This document shows, piece by piece, positions 54,174 to 64,000 of a stretch of 64,000 nt of DNA. Below the pieces are notes generated by a model. The model saw nothing but the letters and a program-made list of their open reading frames with translations. It did no database searches and was not told the origin of the DNA. Position 1 is the first letter of the stretch; every line of letters starts with the position of its first letter. This stretch comes from Saccostrea cucullata (lineage: Eukaryota). The position numbers and the translations under genes were made by a program. The DNA is taken from NCBI RefSeq assembly GCF_032062105.1, contig NW_026918602.1, positions 1 to 64,000 on the forward strand. The letters run 5' to 3'.

Positions 54174-57100
54174 CTATATATTATCTTCAACATTAACTTC
54201 AATAAGATCCGCATAAACGCCTTCAACGGTTTGCTCTTCATTTGACATGTCATTTCTATGCAAATATTTTCGATATACTCGCATCTCATAGACAATACAT
54301 AAGATGACCATACATATCACTACTGTCCCGACTGAAATGATGACAAATCTCTTTGAATGGTCTATATTTGCAATTGGTAGATGAGAAATTGTGAAGTTAG
54401 AATCTTCAATGGTTTTCCTTAGCGTTGTTTGGTGGTGTTGAGAGACAGAAACTAAATGAGTGATGTATATTTAGAAAGAGATTGAACAGCTTCTTAATGT
54501 ATCAACATTCATGGTATAGTACAAGATAATAGCAAATCCAAGCACATAGATGAGACTCTAAACGTCAATGCTTCATATTGCACAGTTGTCAGCTAGGTAG
54601 TAAGATCAAATTAAAATTATAATTCATGTTTTTAAAAACACATAGAAACTTATAGATAAACACAGGACCAGCAACACAAAATTCCTTTATTTTCAATGGA
54701 TTGTTTTATGATTGGAACTTAATTTCTTAATCTGTATTTCAGAGATTATACGCATATAAATATATCTATAGATATTTTTTTAAGAGAAATGATTTGTATA
54801 TAAAAGAGTTGGAACTTAAAGTTAAATGAAAACCCAATGTTGTAAACACAGATACATGTAATACGCTGAATACCTATTGCTGAAAATTCAAGCTTAGTGC
54901 GCCATTATTTTTCGATAAAAACGCTTTGTCCACGATTTTGCCTGGTAACCCTTGTATTCAATAAAGGAGAGTTAGTTTGCTCCTGATGCAATAAGGGTAA
55001 CTTAAGGGGAGACAGGGCACCTGTCACATGACTAAAAAGACATATTACGTCATAATGATATACATGTTAAACGTTGTTAAAATCAACAGTTCTTGTGTAA
55101 TTTTATTCTAAATTCTAAAATTGTTTTTTAAACTTTAATTAGAAATTTTATTCACAAAATTTTTAAAGATCTTGCTATTCAATCCACACATTTGTTTCTC
55201 TTTACCCTGCAGTTTGACGTTGACGTCAAACGTAGTGTTTGAATTTTGAGTGCAGCGAATCAAGTACACACACCCGCCATGATCACTTTTATTTCATAAT
55301 AAACAGGTCACAGTCAATGTATCGTGATAAATTTCTGAAGCAGATTTTTTAAATCAATATTTTTTCGTTTTTAGTAGCAGAGATTCTCTCTATGTAGATA
55401 ATTTTGAATATTTGTGTTTTCGTGTGACGTCACAATTGATTACCCGCCCTCGGAAAATACAAACGTGAAGCGTTTTTATCATGCTTATGTCTAATTCAAC
55501 GATGTCCTGTGCGATATTTATTTTTATATTTATGCAGTAAATAATTACGATGAAGGACTGACATTCAATCGTAAATTTAGAAATATTTATTGACAGAATT
55601 TTTTCCCAATGAGGTTTTTGTCGTTGAAGCTGCCTTGAAAATGCAGAAATTATCCCACCCAAATGCTATATAGAATTAAAACAATTGCTTTCAGATAATT
55701 TAAACACTATGAAAATTCTGAAATACTTCAGTATTTGAGTATATAGTGTTATCTATAATATTTATCGTTTGTGCGTAAAAATTCGATGATGGACTCCGTT
55801 ATGGGCCCGTAAACATGTATTAATACTCCATACAAACTCTACACAGGGCGGTAGTAAAACAGAAATCCAATGACAGGACCGTTTCAAAATGTTAAGTACA
55901 TATTAAATTAGTAATATAAAAAATACGAAAAAAATTCATTGACAGGATTTTTTTCAGCTAAAGGTCCTGTTCCTCCTGAAACATTGTATCGATTCTTGAT
56001 TGTATCATACGTGTTCGTGAGAATTTAAAAGAAAATGATGATCATCTTACATAAGTAGTTTTATACATGAACTATTATCATTTTATACATAAGAAATGAT
56101 TAACTTCTAAAAGTTTTTGAGTACCTGTAATAAAATGACATCCAGTCACGTGATTGCAATAAGATTGCGAACAATTGCATGTTGCAGCACATAAATGTCC
56201 ATAATATGGATAGGGACATGGAGTACAGTTTGACTGAAAATAACCATTAGGACAAGCTTAAAAAGAAAAAAAAACAATTCTTGTTATTTTCAGATCGCAA
56301 ATTAGGTAGCCTTTAGGATAATGTTATTTTCAATGTTCATATGGATTTTTTTTTCATATTAAAAGTGAGATCTACATACCAGTGAAAACAAAAAAATAAA
56401 CTAAAATTACCTTCACAAGTATTATTATACCCCCCGCTTGTTATACGGGAGGGTATATAGTAATCGTTAATATCCACTGTCCGTCCAGTAAAACTAAATA
56501 GTCCGTCCGTCGTCCGTCTGTCTGTCCGTAAAATGTTACGCTTATTAAACACAAAATACCACATCTCTTATCCGTAACTCCTCTCATACCACTGAATGAA
56601 AGTTTTGATGAAACTTTCAAAAAATCTTTATTACAAATCACTTCCTATTTTACTTTTTGATATTAGACACATATTTTGGGTTTCCCGGCCACAGGAAAAC
56701 ATGGACTTTTTCACCACTTATTTACTTTCCGATGATAAGAGCAACATCTTTGATTAATATCCTCAAGAACTCTACAGTTAAACAAATGAATAAATAAAAT
56801 TCATACATTCCAGTAATATTCTATTTAAAATTAAAAAAAAAATGTTAAACACAAAATACATAAGCACATCTTACCCTACAGAACATCCATGTGATTCTAA
56901 AAAGTTGAAAAAATTGAATTGATATAAGTAATGATTAAAAAAATGATTTTAAAAATTGTTACAAATTGTTTCTTCCTTAATTTTTTTTTATTTTTGATAT
57001 TAGATTGTTAAAATCATGTACGGCGGGGCCACATAGGGAATCCAAGTTTTACATAGATATACACTATATTTGAAAAATTTTTAAGAATCTTATTTCAAGA

Positions 57101-57801
57101 ATGTTACACAAAGCCTGTATGAATATTTACTGTGTACATTCTGTGCATTGTGACCTGATGCAGAATCCTATATTAAAATAATTTGCAAAATATCTGAGAA
57201 AAATGTTTATTGGTTTCTACATTTAATACATCCAGATTTGCTATTACATTCTTCAGGTAAACAGTCACAAGTCCCACCACACAATAAACCATATGTTGGA
57301 TATTTACACTTTTGCGAGCAATTCTGTCCAAAACTCCCTGGCGGGCACTCTGTGTAGTAGAAAGTTTCACATGCCAATGTTTTTCATCTTTTTAGAAGGC
57401 TGGGGATCAGCAAATCCTTTTATGGAGCTCTTCTTTTAAAGGAGATCAATATAGTCTAAAAATGGCCACAACCACTCAGCCCTCTTAAATCTTTATAAGC
57501 ACAGAAATTTCCAAACGGAGTTAACTAGAGAGCAAATGCATTCAAATATTCTTTTCTAAAATCATCTATACCTACTAATACATGTTTCGCCAACCTGCTG
57601 ATAATCTACGTCACACTCATATGCACCATTACTAAACCAACGACAGATTTTTTCAATATAATTACATATAGTAATGCATTTGGACTGTTATATATGAAGA
57701 AATGTACGTTTTTGGCATACCTACCTTAATCTGTTTATCAAAAGACTAATCACAAAATAATTATATGTTTCCAAAATATTGAAATAGAAACGTCTCAACA
57801 T
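54174..57801 (-). CDS. Small single-pass EGF-like membrane protein, copy 2, ~179 aa
   Basis: Exons 57801-57725, 57631-57576, 57349-57221, 54451-54174, the same lengths as copy 1. Sequence: CPPGSFGQNCSQKCKYPTYGLLCGGTCDCLPEECNSKSGC, TM FVIISVGTVVICMVILCIVY, tail EGVYADL. A 4-nt insertion near the end gives an earlier TAG. Confidence 0.75.
55006..55976. mobile_element. Kolobok-type non-autonomous element in an intron of EGF-TM copy 2
   Basis: TTAA|GGGGAGACAGG...CCTGTTCCTCC|TGAA. The equivalent site in unit A (~48190) is empty. Confidence 0.7.
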
Positions 57802-58834
57802 ATTTGCGAATACCAGGACAAATTATTGATAAACTGTGATGAATTGAAAGTTAAATTTGTCGGATTTTGATTTACCAAACAAGGAAACTTATGGTATTAA
57901 AAATAAGTTTGTCATTAAAAGGACTTTTTGCAGTAATGGCAATTTTTTTTTTAAATATTGAGGAAGCAGGTGTGAATATTGAATTTATTTGTTGCATTTT
58001 CAATATGAATATCAACCTCTTTCACCCCTTCTCCAGAAAGTGTTTAGTTGTAAAGACAAAACGAAATATTTCAAAACATAAACGTTTGAAAGTATCACTG
58101 TTGCCTTCAAGAAAGAGTAAAAAAATCTTCCTTAGCCAAATATTAGGTATTAAATACTTCTATGATTTTAAAATAAGCAATAGATCTTTATTTCAATTTA
58201 CTATCCCTCGAAACAGAGTTGGAGGGGGTATAATAATGGGATTGTGAATGGGGGGTTGTACTTTTCCCTTGTGTGTAGCTGAGATATGATCTCCTCCTAC
58301 TATAAGTCATGTTTTTTGTGCTTAATAGCGTTTGCAAACTACGAAAGCCTATATAGCGTTTGCAAATTACGAAAGCCTATTGAGCTAAACAAATATTTTT
58401 TTAACCTACGAAAATGAGCTCAATGGGTTTTCGTTGCAGACATATTAGAACGTAAAATTAATGTGTATTTCTTTAAGTGTCGATGTTTTCTCCTTCTATT
58501 TTTATATTTAAAAAAACGAACGAATTTAAAAGAAAATACTTGAACATTTCCTGTTTCAATATGATGCTTATCAATTTTTGTTACATCATTTCGCACAAGT
58601 ATTATCGTTTATTTTTTTTTTTACACTTCCTCAATTTGTTAAATAAGAGAAGAAAACTCATTTGATTGTGAGTTCATTTAAGCAGTGAAGATAACGAACA
58701 ATGATTAATCTGATAAATTTTTTAATACCATTTACGAGGGATGTTTGAAACGTTTTTGGACCATGGACCTCTGATTTTGAATACTGTTCATTATCTCAAT
58801 ATATTTCATGTCATATATTTTTATGTCATATATT

Positions 58835-59244
58835 TTTATACCCCCCGCTTGAAAAGTGGGAGGGTATATAGTAATCGGGATTTCCGTCCGTCCGTCCGTC
58901 CGTCCGTCTGTTACGCTTTATCTCTTATCCGCAACTCCTCTAATACTACTGAGCAAAATTAAATGAAACTTTCACAGAATCTTTATTACATATTGCCATT
59001 GTGCACCTCCTACTTTACTTTTTTATTCGACACGTATTTTAGGTTTCCCATAGCAAAACATGGACATTGCCATTATATGTTTACACCTATGACGTCACAT
59101 ATAGAAGCTTCTGGATAACATTTGATAGGACGAGTTATTCCCCTATACAAATTACCGTAAAACAATACTAGTATATAGCAACACATGGACATTATGGGAG
59201 GCGGGGGTATCATTTAGTGAGCTCATTGCTCACAGTACCTCTAG
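58835..59244 (+). mobile_element. Well-preserved non-autonomous Helentron/HINE element
   Basis: TTTATACCCCCCGCTTGAAAAGTGGGAGGGTATA hairpin, (CCGT)n tract, conserved core, subterminal GGGGGTAT, GTGAGCTCATTGCTCAC palindrome, CTAG end in a T-run. A partial copy lies at ~56425-56700. Confidence 0.85.
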
Positions 59245-60065
59245 TTTTTCATTTGAAGTCATGTTATCAAAATTTGGTAGAAATATTTTAACAATAAATT
59301 TAATTAATTTGCGTTAAAAGTTTGTAAAATATCAAGATTTAATTATTTAAATTTTATCAAGATTTTTTTTAAAAATCCAAAAATCGAATCATGGAGCAAG
59401 ACAAAATTAATAATTCAATAAATAAAACAATACACGAAATAATGTCTGTAGTCATATTGTGTGTAAAATGGAGTAAAAAATATCTTAGATGTTCAAATTA
59501 AGAATAATTACATCGATTCATATTCCAAATCCATATACGATGTTTGAGAATATCATTTTTTATCAGAATTTTTTTTTATTTTAGAGTATATATTAACTCA
59601 TGAAAGTAGAAAAATAAGCTTTCTGTGAGGAAAAGAAATTGTGGAAAAGTAGTCTTCTACATGTAGCATTAATATAGACTTCGTAAAATACTGTAAAAAA
59701 ATCATTATATATTTTTTGAGCACTAGATTTTGTAAAGAGCACATCTGTCAACAGTTTATCTAAAAATAATAAAAAATTAAAATTAAAAATGCACCATTGT
59801 GTCATTTCTTCCTTGAATACTACGTAAAACCTCTCAAAAATAATTTAATGTTCAATAAAAACAGCACTTTTTCAAATACTTCCAATTCATCAGGAACTTT
59901 GTTTTACCAATTAGGAAGTGCTTATCAATAATTAGGGTTATCAAACAAATCTTATTTGTTAGATAAAAAAGCTCTCAGTGAATACAGATATGTAAAGCAA
60001 GCACAGAGAGAGAGGGAGTGAGTGCTTTTCATTGTAAAATATCTGCTATATCTTTGTTGCACAAA

Positions 60066-63000
60066 AGTAAGTCTTCCATCTTTTTTTTACTCAAAATCTT
60101 TGAAAATCCATAAGATATCTCACAAAAAATTCCACAAAATTTTAAAAGTCTTTTACCAATTTAACATATTTAAAATTTTCTACTAATATTTCAGTGGCTT
60201 TAATACCCCCTCCTCCTTTTCCAACTCATCAGGAACCACAAACTGTACAATCTGAGGCCATGAAGTTTGAAAAGTTTGCATAAATTTTATTTTGTAATTT
60301 ATTTAATGAAAATTAAGAACAATCAAACTCCTTAAACAATTAATGGAAAAAAATATATGTTCATAAATGCCTTTAAAATTAAATTCTTTTGGAGTATCTA
60401 AAGTATTCCCTCTTTTTTCAGCATTGATAACCTTGATAAGGCGGCATGTAAGGAGGCTATGTTCGACTATGCTGCTGAAAGCTGTTGTTATGAATCCAAC
60501 GCAGTAAAAGAAATGACCATCACAAACATTAATGGTTTAACTGCTTATCATGTAAGGACATATATGTCATATATTTTCTAAATCTTTATGTAAAGTAGGT
60601 TTGAATAATAGTTGTTAAGATATAATTGTATCAAGAGTTACAAATACAATATATGCTTTTTCAGTATACATTAGAAACTTTTACTGAAACTCGGAAAACG
60701 GAATCCAAGCGTGTGCCGCACCGTGGAGGCCGAATTGATGGACCCGAAAACGGCCCTTCGCTCTCACCATGGGATGTGCTTTGTAAGGCAGACAAAACAT
60801 TCCATAATGAAGAAAAGAAAATGAAAATTCCTCATACAGAATATGTCCGAGTAAGTTTTCTCAGCATTCAAGGAAATTATGAAATTAAGCTTATAATTTT
60901 TAAAACATAAATAACAAATTTAGAAGAATTTTAGGTAAAAATAACTATCCGTAGGAAAAAAATTGTATTGCACTTTTTTACGTTGTGACCAAAGAAACAG
61001 CGTCTTAATTAGTTGTAGAATCCTTTAACAATCTTTCTATTAAAAAATCCTCCCTTTTCTTATAGCCATGCAACAGATGTATGGGACTTGGTAATATCCA
61101 GTGTTTGGGATGTCGGGGTTCTGGTATGGAGGACTGTTCTTGCCGTAAATGGTCAAACAATCGGGAAACCGACAGACTATTGGGAAGCAATGCTAGAGAC
61201 AATTGTCCTTCATGTCATTTACGAATCTCCAAGTAGGGAGGATAATTTTGTGTTAAATTATGTNNNNNNNNNNNNNNNNNNNNNNNNNNNNNNNNNNNNN
61301 NNNNNNNNNNNNNNNNNNNNNNNNNNNNNNNNNNNNNNNNNNNNNNNNNNNNNNNNNNNNNNNNNNNNNNNNNNNNNNNNNNNNNNNNNNNNNNNNNNNN
61401 NNNNNNNNNNNNNNGATCAGAATAGTACATGACGCTTAAAAAGACCCCTTTCAGATGGGGATGAGCTCTCGATTCATTTTTCATGTTTTTTGCTACTATT
61501 TATTTTAGATGTGGTAAATGTTCCGGTAAGGGCAGAGCATCATGTACTGAATGTGAAGGATCCGGAAACCTAAAGACATACACGGAACTCACGGTCAAAT
61601 TGTAAGTGTTTTGAATGTTTCCTTAGTACCATTAAACGTGTAGATAACGAGAAAATTATTTAATCTCATAAGTCCACAGAAGCAATACAAATTGGAAGCA
61701 GATCAGAGACTTCTAAAACATTAGGTGGGATGGTGCACAATTTTTTTAATTAAGAAAAATCTAAGAAAAAAACCTTTTTTTTCAGAATAAGCATCATTTG
61801 TTATATATTCATTCTCATGTGATAACTTAAATGATGTTTTCCAGAGTAAGAGTTGAAATGTTATAAGCATTTGTATTGATTATAAATGTTTATTTTTTTA
61901 AGTAAGTGGTAAATTTTAACCTAAAAGAAAGGAGAAGATAGGTTAATACCCCTTTCAGGCCTCTGATTTGGGGTGTCTTTTAGAATGATGAAACAGTTTT
62001 TAAATAAAAACCTGTTATCAGCCCTGCTACAAAATGAGTATTGGAATACAAATAGGTCACAAAGGGATAAGAAAATATGCCCATTTTCGAATTTTCACAT
62101 TTTTATGCAAATTTTCATGGATTTTACAGGACATGTTGTTTCAGAAAAATAGAACACAAACTTGCCTTTCTACCAAATTTATGTATTTCATACACTAGTA
62201 TCAGATGCATTTTATGTATAAAAATCTCAGATAGGCAAGCTTGTGCTCTATATTTGCCAAAGAGAAAAGTATCTCAAGTATGACGAAATTCACAACAAAA
62301 CTGAGAAAATTCGAGAAAATTTCCTACTTCTGCACCCTCTTGTGGCCACCATGCAAGATTTGAATCAAAATTAGTGCTGGTTTTAAAACAAACATCATTT
62401 TATGCTCTTAACTACAGTCAATCACAATTTTAACATTGTGCTGGTTTTTACATCAAATAACAAATGGATAAGTATCCAGGATAGTCCGTTACCATACCTT
62501 GTCCTTTTATATTTAATTTTAAGGAATATACATCGTACAATTATCATTAGTTTTGTAAATTCATGAGGCGCTGTAATTTTGTTAATCTCCATGATATATA
62601 CAAATACTTCTTGGCATATGTACATTTGTACTTTGATAATTAGGCTGTTTTTGGAGAACGGAAATACTCAATTAAGGACAAAGACCAGCAGGGTTGTATT
62701 ATTATATTGTAAACTCTTATGCCCGATTCTTTGCATGGAACGATAGAAAAATAAATCTTTATTAAAAAAAATAGATATTTTTTAAACTAAATTTTAGAAT
62801 CACCAATTGTGTCGTTAAGAAGTTTGTCTTGAATTATGCAAAAATTCAGAATTTTATTCATTTATTATCTACATGTACAATTGTATTTACATTTTACTTT
62901 GCATTGTGCATGAGATTAAAACACCTTTTTATCAGATCTTGTACTAGAAATACAAAAGGGACACAAAAATATGTTTTAACCCACGAGCCAGCTTCACTGA

Positions 63001-64000
63001 AATGTTTTTATATAAGATGATATCCAAAAAGTATGTACAAATATCTAACTGATTAATTTTTCAGCACCAATCATATGAGTGATTACGTATATCAGAAGTC
63101 TGATTTGCCAGGTCACTTAATGAGAGAAGTAACCGGCAAAGTGGTGTTTGAGCAAGATTTAGACCAGGTTATAGAATATCTTATAAACCAAATTCCAAAG
63201 CTAATTTGGTTAACATTTAATATCTTAAATATCTTTTCGAGAGCATGGTGATATTCTTTGGGGTTAACGACCTTTGAATTTCAATTTTAGGTATTTCCAA
63301 TAACATCATACCCGATACCTGAGATTAATAATAATTCAATTAGAATCGTCAACGAACATAAAAAGGGTTTCCCCACTGAAAGAATAGTTAGACAGGTATT
63401 CATAACATTTTTACTTCATGATAATGAGCAAAAATTTAATGTAATATATAGCAGAATTGATCTAAAACTTTTGCATTAAAAAGTTTCTACATGTTGTCCT
63501 CGATTCAATATTTAGATATATTGACGGTGTTTTATCAATTAAAAAAAAATCATGTCCATTTGTAAGTTGATTCGACTTATCACTTTGAATTTGAGTGAAA
63601 TACAAGACAGAATCTGACACATCCGTTTCATATCTAGATACCATACTTCAGAAAGACAATATTTAATGGCAAGCTAACAGCTAAACGTAATGATACATGC
63701 ATATTCTGTGGTCTATACAATGACATTGTTAGCAAATACAATCTATTGTCATAGTTTTGCAAATCCACAACTATTTTTAAAAGATGAAAAGTAGGAAAAT
63801 TACCTAGAGTGAGATCAAAACACAGACCGAATTAATTTTTCTATCAAACTGTTTCAGAGACAACGTTTGCATGCGGTTCCTGTTACTGTGGTCCACTTTA
63901 CTTTGAGAGATACACGTTCTCGTTACTGGATCTATGGGACAGAAAGGAAAGTGTATGCTCCTAATTTCCCCCATCAGTGTTGCTGTAGTTGTGACATTCT
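60066..64000 (+). CDS. SSUH2: SSUH2-like protein copy 3, short N-terminus, ends CCCSCDIL (stop lies beyond the window)
   Basis: Exons (60066), 60195-60273, 60422-60551, 60665-60850, 61066-61232, 61509-61601, 63065-63167, 63291-63395, 63858-64000+. Same phases as copy 1. An N-gap (61264-61414) falls in an intron. Confidence 0.85.
61264..61414. other. Assembly gap (N run)
   Basis: Run of n. Confidence 1.

Larger units (their letters stand above)
49600..58010. repeat. Segmental duplication unit B, expanded by extra transposon insertions
   Basis: Same order of SSUH2 tail, 3' UTR, Penelope remnant and EGF-TM gene as unit A, with insertions at ~51712-52160, 55006-55976 and ~56425-56700. Confidence 0.88.

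Overview
AT-rich, intron-containing animal genomic DNA; the repeat families and small EGF-TM genes suggest a bivalve such as an oyster (inference). Most ORF-track entries are spurious, so gene models were built by hand from GT-AG sites and frame continuity. Contents: (1) two tandem + strand TMBIM4/Lifeguard-4/GAAP genes, one divergent (CDS 2525-5553) and one canonical (10209-13007), with five identical internal exon lengths; (2) a + strand array of SSUH2-like CxxCxGxG zinc-finger genes ending in CaaX boxes: three near-complete copies (15686-21568, 34478-39532, 60066 to past the window end) plus two orphan 3' ends, one a pseudo-exon (43356-43501) and one fully intact (49651-50268); (3) a tandem segmental duplication (~43.3-49.6 kb and ~49.6-58.0 kb), each unit carrying an SSUH2 tail and a - strand 179-aa EGF-like single-pass membrane protein gene; (4) many transposons: Harbinger, CACTA, Kolobok and Tc1/mariner-type MITEs, Helentron-type elements, a decayed Tx1/L1 LINE and Penelope-like remnants; (5) two assembly gaps. 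No tRNA, rRNA or CRISPR features were seen. Best leads: the orphan SSUH2 tail that differs only at synonymous sites, start codons split by an intron (A|TG) in two shortened SSUH2 paralogs, and the co-duplicated SSUH2-tail/EGF mini-receptor cassette.
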